Assembly (NCBI GenBank): GCA_951406725.2
Contig: OX597817.1
Span: 12,090,001-12,154,000 of the forward strand
DNA length: 64,000 nucleotides
Direction: 5' to 3'
From: Octopus vulgaris
Taxonomy: Eukaryota
The notes under the pieces are model-generated. The model made no database searches. It had not been told where the DNA came from and saw only the letters and a list, made by a program, of their open reading frames with translations. Positions 13,290 to 25,995 of this stretch are shown here, piece after piece; the stretch's first letter is position 1; each line of letters starts with the position of its first letter. The position numbers were made by a program, and so were the translations under genes.

Positions 13290-14050
13290 AGTTGGTGAAA
13301 AAACTACAGAAGGCTTATGTTATATGGTTAAAGAATATATTTATGTCGCTACGTTAGAAAAATGTTAGAAAATTTTGCGTATGGTAACAGTTTTTGGAGA
13401 AATAACCGGTTTCGTATTTTCTTTTCAAATTTCTCAAATTTCTTTACTTACATCGTGTCATGTCTTCGCTATGTTTTGAAATATGAAGTTCCAGGCAGGG
13501 GAAGGTAACCAGGGATTTTTCCGGTATAAGGGAGATAATCAAACATGTTGGGAATGACTAGTTAAACATGGTTTAGTTTAGAAGAAATAGCATGTTACAA
13601 GTGGTTAGGTTCTGCTTTATATTTTTTTCAATGAGGTGAGTTTCCTTATTTAAAAATGTTAGAAGTGGTTAAGTTTTGGCTTATATTTTTCAATGAAGAG
13701 GGTTTCCTTGTTTAATCTAACTTGTGTTGGTGTTCCAATAGCACATTGATAGAATGGAGATTATAAATTGTGGTAGTAGTTGCTCTGCGCATTTCTCAAT
13801 ATGTTCTGTATTCTGGGAATGCAATCTGTTGTCGATGCAGAGGATTAAAGGTGGGGATTAAAGCAGTGATTTATTTCTGGTATCATTATATCATCGAAGA
13901 TTTTATGGCAGGAGATAAGTTTCGGCGAGGACTATCCTTTGTTTTGAGTCACAGAGTTGTCAATGATCTATCAGCTGTTAAGGTACAGCGTTCGGTAAAT
14001 TCCGTAAAAAATTTTTATTTGCTTTTTGAAGTGGAAATGTACATTTAGTT
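13290..14050 (-). mobile_element. Penelope-like element 3' fragment
   Basis: EHIEKCAEQLLPQFII / PFYQCAIGTPTQVRLNKETLFIEKYKPKLN (GIY-YIG C-terminus); short duplicated terminus at 13590-13655; cgaaaccggtt half-hammerhead near 13405. Confidence 0.7.
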
Positions 14051-14489
14051 TGATGTCAGCATAAAGTAAGAGAACATGTGTATACTTTGATGGTGGAGTG
14101 CGAGATAGAAAGTGTATGTTTGAGAGAGAGAGAGAGGGTGTGTGTTGATGTGTGTAAGGGAGAGAGAGAGTGACAACGTACATTTTAAAATTTATTTTTT
14201 CTCGCATCTTTTTTGAGTGAATTTTACTGAGAGAGAGAGAGATTGTGTGATAGTGTAACGCCCCTCCCTTTTTCTCTCTCTTAGTCAAACGCTAAAAACA
14301 GATGCAAGAAAAAGTAAATAGATTAAATTTACGCTATCTCTCTCTCTCTCTCTCTCTCTGTCGCACACACACACTTTCTCTCCCTCTCTTTCCGACAACA
14401 CCTCTCTGTTTCAGTCAATCAGACTCACTCAAAAAGATGCGAGAAAAAAATGAATTTTAAAAACGTACGCTGTTACCCTTTCCCTCACA

Positions 14490-14700
14490 CACACGCACAT
14501 CCTGGCTTGTTGGCGATTTTTTTTCCTCTGTATTCCCTTCTCTGGATCTTTCCTTCTCCTATGTTTCCGACGAAGAGCTCCGCTGGAAACGTTAAACCCT
14601 CCTTCTTCCCTGAGCGTCCAATAATACTATATTTGTTCCACGTCCTCGCGTTGTTGTGTTTTTTTTTTCGTGTTTTCTTGTTTGGATTAACTTTATATAT
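14490..14700 (+). mobile_element. Penelope-derived repeat, same family as 6963-7200, with mutated hammerhead at 14563-14597
   Basis: GTTT-CCGACGA-A-GAGC-TCC-GCTG-GAAAC-GTT-AAAC; downstream ttccctgagcgtc...cgttgttg shared with the 7 kb copy. Confidence 0.6.
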
Positions 14701-14798
14701 ATATATATATATATATATAAATATATGTATGTGTGTGTGTAACCGGGAAACCGTGCCCATGAGCCTGGCTAGGCTTTAAAAGGGTGCATTTATTTTGT

Positions 14799-15050
14799 GA
14801 GGCAATGGCCCAGTGGTTAGGGCAGCAGACTCGCGGCCGGAGGATCGGTTGTGTGTTTATTGAACACCTAAAAGCTCCACGATGCTCCGCCAGGGGGTGG
14901 TGGTTGACTCCTGTTGCACTTTTTCGCCACAACTTTCTTTCACTCTCTCTTCCTGTTTCTGACGTCCCGTCCAGTTGGGGGTAACACATACGCCACAAAA
15001 ACCGGGAAACCAGGCCCATGAGCCTGGCTAGGCTTGAAAAGGGCGAAAAA
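14799..15050 (+). mobile_element. tRNA-derived SINE family C, tail type 1
   Basis: Head gcaatggcccagtggttagggcagc.gactcgcgg; tail ccatgagcctggctaggcttgaaaagggcg. Confidence 0.8.
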
Positions 15051-15103
15051 GGAAAAGAAAAAAAGGAATAATAATGACCAGAATTTAATTGTACGTGTAG
15101 AGA

Positions 15104-16200
15104 CACGACGAAATGTAAATTTTAAAATAAATGTAACTTGGCTGATGTAGTATATAAATGTGTAGTGACTCTGATAGATGATAATATTAATAGGAATAGT
15201 TATAATATAAATGGGATTTACCTGGGATCGACGTCTAATAAAATTAAATTAAGGGTGGCCCAATACATGCACCCATTTAAGAATAAAACATTAATTCTAC
15301 TAGCCTTAGCAAATATATACGGGAATTAAAATCTAAAGGAATTAAATACAATTTAAAATGGGAGATAGTTTGTAACGGTAAATCTTATCGAATAGGTAAT
15401 AATTTTTGTTTACTATATACAAATGAATTTATGGAGATATTACTATCTAAAAATCAATTGTCTAATATCCAAGATGAGAGGAAAATTAAATGTAGACATA
15501 AGTCGAATTACTTATATCATAAGTTTAGATAATTTGTGAATATATATACCCTAATTTATGTTATTAATTTATAAAGTTATATTATGTAGTATTATAATGA
15601 GAATAAATTAGTTATAGGTTATGTAGTGCATGAACATAACTAGAATAAGTTTAAACCAAGGGACTGATAAAATTAATTGAAGAATATATATTAATTTATG
15701 GACATTTAATTAATTTTATTTTTTTTACATATAATGTAGTTTTAAATTATTGAAAATTTAGAATTTTCCCCGTAAACGGTATATTACGTCACGTTTATTC
15801 GATTATTTTTATCGTTAAATACATATCTATTTATTTATTTATTGTTTACGTCACGTTTAACGTGATAGTTTTTTTTACAACGCTAGGTTGTTAGTTTACA
15901 GTTAAAAATTTCTTTTAACTCGTTTTCATCAATAAGGTAAGTCATATTTTTGCTTTACATTAATATTATAAAATTTTATTGAATTATTTACTGTTAATAT
16001 ACATATATTTATATGTTTATAGTTTTATAGCTTAATTTATGCTAATCTTTTTACCTGAAGAGTGGCTATATATTTTAAAATTGAATTAATATCAACGATT
16101 TATATATATAGTCATGAAACACGCGTAGTTAATTTAATGTTTGATTCGTCATGAGATTTTTAGAATAATAAGTATAAGATATTTAATTAATATCTATGTA
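15104..16200 (+). mobile_element. Penelope-like element: GIY-YIG ORF end plus pseudo-LTR region
   Basis: DVVYKCVVT...IYLGSTSNKIKLRVAQY, then after a frameshift STSLSKYIRELKSKGIKYNLKWEIV...CLL...KCRHKSNYL ending near 15531; donor aag|gtaagt near 15937; hammerhead downstream. Confidence 0.85.
16050..16132 (+). ncRNA. Type I hammerhead ribozyme motif, intact core
   Basis: CTGAAGA at 16055-16061; 12-bp stem II gtggctatatat/atatatagtcat; GAAAC-acgc-GTA at 16116-16127; imperfect stem I tttac/gttaa. Confidence 0.75.
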
Positions 16201-16263
16201 GTTATTATAGATAATACCTTTTCAATATTGATAGATTAACTAAATAGCGGTTTGTCTCTAAAT

Positions 16264-16386
16264 TATATATATATATATATATATGCATACATATATCTGC
16301 ATATATATATATATACATACATGCATATATCTGCTTATATATATATACATACATGCATACATATATATATATACATACATACATAA

Positions 16387-16426
<40 letters not shown>

Positions 16427-16535
16427 ACATATATATATGCATACATATATGTATGTATATATATATGCAGAGGTGTGGACAGCGTGCTGTGACAAGCGGT
16501 GTCAAATGGACGCCCTGACGGGCTGGTCGATCAAG

Positions 16536-16608
<73 letters not shown>

Positions 16609-16890
16609 TGAAAAAAATTTTATCAATGCATATCAAAAAATATTGTTAAATTTATAAATATACAAAATGAGGGCAAAAGAAAAATTCCTTTCATATGCCG
16701 AAAAAAAGACAAAATTATCAATAACCATTATAATTTATGCGTTTCGGAACAAACCGGAGACAATGGAGTTACATATATATGCATATATATATATATATAT
16801 GATACATATATATGCATACATATATATGCATACATATATATATGCATATATATATATATATACGCATAAATAAAATATATATATATAAAT
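16264..16890. repeat. (TA)n-rich microsatellite blocks
   Basis: Directly visible. Confidence 0.9.
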
Positions 16891-17309
16891 ATTTTTTTTT
16901 GACATCCTTACCTATTAATTTCCATAATTGTTATTGTTCTAAAATAGAGATTATCTTTCTGTAGTCTAGTCCGGCTTTTATATTTCATGTCCTGATACAT
17001 TTCCTGTTGTGGCTGTGTAGTCCTATCCTGGACAAACACTCCCTCTGGCAGGTACCGCAAATGTAGCGAAGACTGTTCCTGGCTGGTTGTAGTGCCATAG
17101 TCTCTTGTTTACGTCTCTTCCTTTCTTTCCATTTCTCCTCTCTCTCTCTGTCACTCTTTCTAAACAGACACAGTCCTCTAGTCTTAGATTTAAAAGCAAG
17201 TATATTTTCCGGTCTTGAATTACAAAATAACTAACTTGAGGACTGTTCATTGAAATTTTCAAATGTAAACAACTTATTAGGACTCAGAGATCATGTGATT
17301 AGATACTGG

Positions 17310-17383
17310 TCGATGAAATTTAGCTAATATTGATCGTTGAAATATTGATTCAAACATACTGTCGGATTGAAACATGTGTAGGA
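17310..17383 (+). ncRNA. Degenerate hammerhead remnant
   Basis: tcgatga-aatttagc...gtcggatt-GAAAC-atgt-GTA; first core positions altered. Confidence 0.35.
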
Positions 17384-18707
17384 TTTTTTCCAGATATTTT
17401 TTGGTTGTTTTGTTGATCTGGATTCTTTTATCTATATTCTTATAGGTATCACTTTTACTTTGCATTACTTTTCCACTGTGATACAAATAAAATGAACCAA
17501 GTATCTATTATATTTTTCTTCTCCATTTTTTTTATTAACTTCATATATATATATATATATATATTTATATACATCTTTGATGTTTAAAAATGTCCCCAGA
17601 TCAAGTGATTTTCTCAGGATCCTTGCTCTTTTGGCCAAGCAAAGCTTACATCATTTACTCCTGTAGGGATATAGTCCCAGTTGTTCTAGGATCCTCCATT
17701 CAATTATATATGGTGTACTCTCCTCTTTAAATGCAATACATAGCCGGCCAGGAACACGTGTCTCTCTGATATCCTAAAAGAGGACCTATGGTTACTCAGA
17801 TGCTGCTTGGACAGGCCGCCTGTGGGACTGACATATTTCCACGTTTGTGCTCTTGCGCTAGTGATGTTAGTCATTAAGGCTATTGATGCTATAGCTGGGT
17901 CTCATCCTGTTGTTGTTGCTTTTACTATCGCTGGATGTAATCCAAGTAGCACAGTTGTCAACCGGTTATTATCATCATGATCATCGTTTTTACCCATACT
18001 AGCATGGATCAGATGGAATTCCTTAAGGTGGATTTTCTAAAACTAAATACTCTTCTTGCCAACAACTTTCACCTGTTTCCAAGCAGTGTAATGGTTCATG
18101 GCCAGACATGTTTTTCACAGAAAACTGTAAGAGAAGGACATCACTTCTATGACAGTGATGCTCGATTAAAGCCAGCCTATGATGTCAAGAAAAGACATAC
18201 ATTCACAAACAAAACCACACACACAGTGTGTGTGTGTGTGCATGTGTAGCAGGTCTACACATTGATCTGAACAATGAACTTTAGAGTCTTGGCAGGTTGA
18301 GTGATGACACCAACAAAAACTTAGCTGGCCTATGAAATTGTATGGAAACTACTGGATATTTTAGCAATGAGGCAACCATAAATCTGCTTGATAAAATTTG
18401 TGCTGCAGTACATAAAAAGAGACTAGATCTGAGAAGATAGAGCTTGCCAGGCAGATAGTCTAAATGCTAGGAGGTTAGTGACATTAAAAGAGAAACATGA
18501 CCTCCCAGCAAATTTTTGCATTTAGCAGTCTCCACAGTTATGACTATCAAAAGGCTGCATTAGTAAAATGAACCACCTAAACTAGTATTAACACATTCAC
18601 CACTTCCACAAGCATATTCCTGCTCTTGTCTTAATACACATTCTACCTGACAGTACTTTGTTTTTCTTGTCTTGGCAACATTGAGTTCCATATGAATAAA
18701 ATAAATA

Positions 18708-18940
18708 GATGCGCCCTTTTTAAAGACTCATGGGCCCGGTTTCCATGGCGTATGTGTTCCCCAGCTGGACGGGATGCCAGTCCATCGCAGCGTTAATCAT
18801 TTTTGCCAGCTGCGTGGACTGGAGCAACGTGAAATGAAGTGTTTTGCTCAAGAACACAATGCGTCGCCCAGTCCAGGAATCGAAACCACAATCTTACAAT
18901 CATGATGCTGACACCATAACCACTAAGCCACGTGCCTCCA
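18708..18940 (-). mobile_element. SINE related to family C (different head and body, type 1 tail)
   Basis: Head ggaggcacgtggcttagtggtta...gtttcgattcc; tail acatacgccatggaaaccgggcccatgag. Confidence 0.7.
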
Positions 18941-19404
18941 CGAGCTCCATATAAACCTTTTAAAAACATAACAGATGCAATGAAAACATGTGGTAACAAT
19001 TCTTATTCATATACATAGCAGAACTCATCAGTTGCATGTTCTCAATACAGGGAATAGTACACGTTAAAGCCTGATACTTTTTTGTGTGGTCATCATTATA
19101 TTGTGTTTATTGTATAATATTCATATCATAGTGAGATGCTGACTGTTGGTGATTCCAACTAAATGCAAAAGGACAAAAAAAAATTACTCAATGCTTGTAG
19201 TAGAGTTTATTCATTTATTTGAAGAAGCAACAGTGTGAAGCTCCAGCTTCATGTGAATTAACTGCTAAGATTTTCCTAGTAAAATGATAATAGGCATTGT
19301 TTGTAAGTATGAATTTAAGGCAGAAAAAGGGGAAAAAAAACAAGCCTACGAACAGGATCCAAACTGTATATCCATCAAGTATGGCTGGTCATCCAGCACG
19401 TAGT

Positions 19405-19435
<31 letters not shown>

Positions 19436-19509
19436 CATTTCAGATCCTGCTTGACAGCCTGCTTTTCTTTCTTGTTTCAAATTGATACATATACCTAAAA
19501 TCACACACA

Positions 19510-19560
<51 letters not shown>

Positions 19561-20161
19561 CGTTATTATATTCAAAAATAATATAAGAAACATTAGTAGT
19601 CACATAAAACAAATATATTTGTTATATAAATTTATCTTAAATTAGGCACTTATGATTTCATGCATAAAAATGAGAGCGAGGTCCTTGCTCTGAAAATCTT
19701 CTTTCACAGTAAGTACAAGTATATCACCATTATATTAACACCTTAATGCACTTCTGCATCGGTGCAAATAAAGTGTATGTAGGTGTCAATGTGTGTATGT
19801 ATGCATGAGTGTCTAAATATGTGTAATTTAAAGATTGAGTAATAAAAAAATTAAAGGACCTGTTTGTGAATATGTGAGTGATTGTCATTGTCTATCTGGG
19901 GTTGTGTGTATGATTGTGTCAGCATTTTAGGGATTGTAACTGTCTGCTTAGCTTTGTGTAGGTAAGGAAGTGATGAAGTCGTGTTGGTGGAATAAATACT
20001 TGTGTGTTTCTCTGAGTATATATGGCAGAAGAGGGAGCATATATGTTAGTGTGTGTGTGCGTGTGTATGTGTAAGAAAGTGTGTATGAGTAAAGAAGGAA
20101 ATGAGAAAGTCTTTGTGTGTAAATATTTGCATATATCTAAGTATTTATGTATGTGTTAAAT

Positions 20162-20494
20162 CAGGGCTGGTCAACCTGAGGCCTGCAGGCTATATGCAGC
20201 TCGCAAACTTTTATCATGCAACCCACTTGATACTTTCTTGAAATGGGTTTATTTAAACAAACATTTAAAAAAATTTTATCAAAAATTAAAGATTGTAATG
20301 AAAAGTAAAAAAAAATCGATACTACTGTTTTTGCAACGATAGTATTTCATGTTGAATCAAAGATCATTTGTTCATTATTATAATAATAGCATGAGAAAGC
20401 AAAATGCTTTCAATTCTGTCAGTATACAAGCAGCCCTCAAAAAATTTTCTGTGATTAAAGTGGCCTGCGATGCAATTCAAATTGGCCAGGCCTG
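20162..20494. mobile_element. hAT-type MITE
   Basis: TIR cagggctggtcaa / ttggccaggcctg; 8-bp TSD tgttaaat / tgttagat. Confidence 0.8.
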
Positions 20495-21549
20495 TGTTAG
20501 ATAGTATGCATGTATGTAAATGCATATATATGCAAGAGAGTATTTAAAAACAGATTTGTCATAATTTCAGCAGAATTTAAAAAATAATCACCAAGTTATT
20601 GTTATATGTTTTTGTGGCATGTGTATTCTGTTTCTCATTATGTTTTGGAATAACTGGAGTTCCTTTTTTTTTCTTTCTTTGTTATATAGAAGGCTTTATT
20701 TTCTAATAGGATGAGAATGTTCATGAAGTTTTAAGACTTTTATACCCTTCCCCAAGAATCTATGGATACAGTAAAAAAATCTTCAATCTATAATGGAAAA
20801 TGAATTGCAATTTTGATTTGTCAAAAGCTTTCAACGACTGTAACATTTAAATATATCTTCAGCGAGGAAGCTTCTATGTGGTTGCTTGACTTGCTAGATA
20901 TAGCTGCCAAAATTCTCTCATAACATACCTTTATCGTTAAAAAATTGGGAGGCACATTTGATAATGTGATTCTAGATATACAATTATTTTTTTTTACAAG
21001 AAAGACCAGATGGCCACAACTGAAATGCCTTGGGCTAAATAACAACTTGTAATTTAGTGTTCTCAATCAATATCATTATTTAACATACACACTTTTCCAT
21101 GCTTGTATGGGTTAGATGGAATTTGTAGAGGCAGATTTTCAACAGCCAAATGCCCTTCCTGTCACCAATTCTCACCCATTCAATAAAACAGTGAAGCATA
21201 CAGGATCTCTAATCATTCAAAGACATTTGAAAATATGTTGAGACTTGTTGGCTGGGCTAGACATTTGTTCATCAGTTCATATTACATCCATTTTGCCACA
21301 CTTCCATAGGTTGGATGAATATGTTAAGGTCTTGTTTTACAGCCAGATAATCTTTTTGATGCTTTGTTTTGCAGTGTAATGCCCTCACCTCAAGTAAGAG
21401 AAAACTTATTCCACAGTTTCTAAGGCACAAACTGCCTGGAGAATTTGTTGATAGGAGAATCTAACAACATTGCCTGCCTCACTTTCGCACAAGACATAGC
21501 AGATGTAAACAGACATATATACATTCATATGCATTCATCCATACATATT

Positions 21550-21975
21550 CAGTAATCCAAGTAAAGTGTTATAGATCCATTTCGGCCAATCTTACCAATC
21601 AGTTTCACACTGGATATTAAATAACAGTGTGGTTAAGTAACACCATATGCTCCTCAGAGATGACAGATATGTGGTAAAAAGATGTATAAAATGTACCTGT
21701 GGAGTGTCTTTGATGACCATGTGGAGTGCACATCCAGGGATAGCATCTATAAGGCACAAGTTGTGGGTGGTCTATTGCAATATATGCTGCAATATGAGGG
21801 GACGTGTTAGTCAACTAAGAATCCATAAGTTGAAAAAATATGCACTGCTTCCTCTGAAGAGCATGTGATGCTACTTAACCATGTAATCTAATAATCAGTT
21901 ATCTGATATCCAGTGCAAAACCAATTGGTAAGATTAACTGAAATGAATCTATAATACTGTATACTTGGATTACTG
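21550..21975. mobile_element. Long-TIR MITE (Tc1/pogo-like CAGT...ACTG ends)
   Basis: Imperfect inverted repeats of ~110-125 bp beginning cagtaatccaagta; TA on the right, TT on the left. Confidence 0.7.
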
Positions 21976-22870
21976 TACCCACTCTATTGACAAATATACA
22001 TGCGTGTATTCTTTCCAACTTAGGGATTCTTAGATGACTGTATGTTTGTATGTATGTATATACATATATATTTATATATATATATAAAATCCAGTACGGA
22101 ACATGATGATGACATACACAATGGTCTTATTTCAGCTTCCATCTACCAAATCCACTCACAAGGCTTTGGTTTCCTCAGTGGGACTGAACACATTCAGACA
22201 AATAGCAGTCAGTCAGCAGCTGAGACACAGGCTCAACAAGAAGAGCCAGCTCAATTTGCAAAACTGCTGTTTGTAGTTTAGCCCCAGATTGGCTCTGAAA
22301 GAACAGATCTATGATCAAAGGCATTCCAGCCACAGCCAATCCATTTTTGCATTATAGCTATAACCACATTTTCAAATATGTACAAACTTTTTAAAAGTAG
22401 GGTTTGATTTAAAAGAAATTTATCTGCTATTTCTAACAGGTTGAGCAACTGTTTAAAGGTTTCCTTATTAATCTGTGAGAGAAACCTGGTACTACAAGTA
22501 AATAATGATAGCTTATAGGAAGAAAAGTTATCTTCTGTAAATTGGGTAGAGCCTTTAAATGAAGGAAAAGAAAAATATTCTCACCTGGAGAACATTGAAA
22601 TATTAAACATTCACAGTGCCCTAACTTACCCCACCACCCTATTTTGATTTTGATTTTGATTTTGCTTTGCATTTGTTTTATTGTTTATTTGAATTCAGTT
22701 AGGTATATAAACCATACCAGTTGAACATGATGGGAAATTTGATGAGACATGATTAGTAGGGGAAATTTATGAGGAAGGAGAGATGTTAAGAGAGAAGGAG
22801 AGTAAAAAGAATGGAAGGTATCAGAATGAAAATAGTAAAAAGAAAATCACAGGAAAATAGACCAAAGAGT

Positions 22871-22873
<3 letters not shown>

Positions 22874-22918
<45 letters not shown>

Positions 22919-22964
22919 TGAGAGAGAGTGAGAGAGAGAGAAAGAGAGTGAGAGAGAGAGAGAG

Positions 22965-22994
<30 letters not shown>
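22874..22994. repeat. (GA)n microsatellite
   Basis: Directly visible. Confidence 0.95.
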
Positions 22995-23000
<6 letters not shown>

Positions 23001-23129
23001 GGGCAGACAGATAGACAGAGGTGGGGACAAGAAGGAAAATGTCTGACTGAGCAGATCTGACCATCACACATTATATTTGCATATTTGAGACTGCGTTGAC
23101 CTATGTATCAAGTACATAGAGATAACAAG

Positions 23130-23362
23130 ATATATTTCTTTACTGCCCACAAGGGGCTAAACATAGAGGGGACAAACAAGGAGAGACAAAGGGATTAAGT
23201 TGATTACATCGACCCCAGTGCGTAACTGATACTTAATTTATCGACCCCGAAAGGATGAAAGGCAAAGTCGACCTCGGCGGAATTTGAACTCGGTACGTAA
23301 CAGCAGACGAAATACCACTAAGCATTTCGCCCGACGTGCTAACGTTTCTGCCAGCTCGCCGC
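23130..23362 (-). mobile_element. tRNA-derived SINE family B (~230 bp)
   Basis: Head ggcgagctggcagaaacgttagc, B box gagttcaaattcc, central gtcgactttgcctttcatcctttcggggtcgataaa; TSD tagagataacaag. Confidence 0.88.
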
Positions 23363-23740
23363 TAGAGATAACAAGTAGGATGGTGAGATAAGGTGCTATG
23401 CTAAGAGAAGTAAAGCTGACCAAGGAGGAAAGAATGAACAGGTACAAGGAGGTGATACTTGGGAGCGGGGTGGTTATCTCCCCCTTTTTAGGACAACCAG
23501 ATTTGTTTTGAGAAGCTATTTCAAAGAAACTGCTTGACCACATAGAAAACCAGCAGAGGTAAAAGAGAGAGGGAGAGAGAGAGAGAGCTAGTGAGATTAA
23601 GAAAGAAAGAGAATAAGTGTCAAACAGAGAGGCAAAGGACAGAGGAAGGATGAGGCTGAGAAAGAGGAGCTGGTGGAATTAAGTGGGAGAGAAGGAAAAG
23701 GTGGGAGACAAAAAGAGAACAGTAAATTTATAGTGAGCAT

Positions 23741-24150
23741 ACTCTTTTACTCTTTTACTTGTTTCAGTCATTTGACTGCGGCCAAGCTGGAGCACCGCCT
23801 TTAGTCGAGCAAATCGACCCCGGGACTTATTCTTTGTAAGCCCAGTACTTATTTTATCGGTCTCTTTTTGCCGAACCGCAAAGTGACGGGGACGTAAACA
23901 CACCAGCATCGGTTGTCAAGCAATGCTAGGGGGACAAACACAGACACACAAACACACACATATATATATATATATATATACATATATACGACAGGCTTCT
24001 TTCAGTTTCCGTCTACCAAATCCACTCACAAGGCATTGGTCGGCCCAGGGCTATAGCAGAAGACACTTGCCCAAGATGCCACGCAGTGGGACTGAACCCG
24101 GAACCATGTGGTTGGTTAGCAAGCTACTTACCACACAGCCACTCCTGCGC
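23741..24150 (-). mobile_element. SINE family A
   Basis: Full-length family consensus. Confidence 0.9.
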
Positions 24151-24526
24151 CTATTGACTTCTTTTAACTAGGTACAAGGTTTCAGAGAAAGGACTGTAGT
24201 CAATAAATTCACTCTAGTATACTACAGTTACTTATTTTGCCAATATCAAAGAGATAAGAGACTAAGCAAAGTTAATTCCACTAAAAACTAAATTGAGGAG
24301 GAGGAAGAGGGGGAGAGAGAGAGAGAGAGAGAGAAAACTAAATTCTATGATATTTAGTATTTAGATTAGTGTCCTGCTGTCTTGGCTATTGGCATCATAC
24401 CAAATGAAGAAGCCAGATAGACATGGAAAGAAGAGCAAGAAGAATGCAAGAGAGAAAGGTGATAGCCAAGGTATTATGATGAACTAAATATTGGTAATGA
24501 GTAGAATGAGAAAGAAAGATAAATGG

Positions 24527-24592
<66 letters not shown>

Positions 24593-25091
24593 AAATGCTA
24601 TCCCATTATAGCATTTTTCCGATGGTTGGATAACTGAAGAGATGGTGGCGTGGATTTCCACCTCAGCATCCGAAACTCAGAGTTTTATCATGGCTACCGA
24701 ATAATTGTCACATATTACATTTACAGATAAATTCCTCTATTTACATAATATCAAGGTCCCTTTCTTTTGCTGTCTTACCATTTTTATTAAATATATATAT
24801 ATATATATATATATACAGAGAGAGAGAAAGAGAGACAGACATAGGGGAAGAACAGAGAGACAGGGTGAAAGACATGGCATTATGATGAGCTAGTAATGGT
24901 AATGAAAGAAAATGATATGAGATAAAAGAAATATAAGGAAGGGGATGAAGAGGGGGGCTGGAGGTAGTCAGGGAAGGATTACATTGCACTATTAGTATCA
25001 GTTGAGAAGTTTGTGGAAGAATGAAAAAGAGCCATGCTGATACATTGAAATAATATTGATTTGGCACAAATATATAGTGAAGTAACACTAT

Positions 25092-25324
25092 ATATTTCTT
25101 TATTACCCACAAGGGGCTAAACATAGAGGGGTCAAACAAGGACAAACAAAGGAATTCAGTCGATTACATCGACCCCAGTGCGTAACTGGTACTTAATTTA
25201 TCGACCCTGAAAGGATGAAAGGTAAAGTCGACCTCAGTGGAATTTGAACTCAGAATGTAACGGCAGACGACATACAGCTACACATTTCGCCCGGCGTGCT
25301 AACGTTTCTGCCAGCTCGCCGCCT
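25092..25324 (-). mobile_element. SINE family B ~420 nt downstream of the gephyrin stop
   Basis: 19-bp TSD tatagtgaagtaacactat at 25073-25091 and 25325-25343. Confidence 0.9.
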
Positions 25325-25740
25325 TATAGTGAAGTAACACTATCTGGATCTTGGGTGTATTAGTGGTACTTATTTCACTGAGTCCAGAAGAGGACAAAAA
25401 AAAAACCCAATCACAGTGGAACTGAACTATGAAAATAATAGGATATTTGGCAAGATGAATTATCATTTTTGCCACTCCACAATGCAAAACACTGAGATAA
25501 TTATTGTCAACAAGGGATAACAGAGGAAAACAGAAGAGAGAGAGTGATAAGGATACAGTGAGAAAAGAGAAATAAGAAGTGGGGGGAGAAAGAAAATGTG
25601 AAAAGGAAGAAATAATGGGGGACCAGAAAAAAGCAATAAAAACAAGAAAAAGTAGGGCAGGGAGCAAAAAGAAGTAGAGAAAAAAGGGTAGAAAGAGGGA
25701 AAGAGAAAGAGAGAATTTTGGAAGAGAGAAAGTCATGTTG

Positions 25741-25995
25741 TTACATTGAGCTAATATTTCCAATGAGAATTGCATCAAGGACTTCTCCTTCTGTGACCAG
25801 AGACCTGCCATCAGCATGTGGTGGCAGTGCCAAGAGGGCATTAGCACACTGCATGCTGAGCAACCGACTACTCTGCTGGTTGCCTGTGCTGGAAGCAGTA
25901 GGTAACCCATCATCATCCCCAACTCCGCCAGGTCCCCATGACAGCACCACTCGATGAAATTCGGGTCGGGGATCCAACTTGATATTCCGGTCCAC
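25741..25995 (-). CDS. GPHN: Gephyrin last coding exon, stop TAA at 25743-25741
   Basis: VDRNIKLDPRPEFHRVVLSW...STGNQQSSRLLSMQCANALLALPP...GEVLDAILIGNISSM*, matching the gephyrin C-terminus; acceptor tttcag. Confidence 0.97.
   Translation of the reverse strand: MDRNIKLDPRPEFHRVVLSWGPGGVGDDDGLPTASSTGNQQSSRLLSMQCANALLALPPHADGRSLVTEGEVLDAILIGNISSM

Noticed and set aside
17600-17880. Possible CR1/L2 3' fragment on the minus strand (WRILEQL)
   Set aside because: Only one short motif; not enough to call
24780-24790. AATAAA on the minus strand as the gephyrin polyA signal
   Set aside because: Many such hexamers occur in AT-rich DNA; cannot be assigned without 3'-end data
25299-25922. 207-aa hydrophobic ORF overlapping the gephyrin last exon
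   Set aside because: Alternative frame running into the pyrimidine-rich 3' UTR and a SINE; no domain similarity recognised
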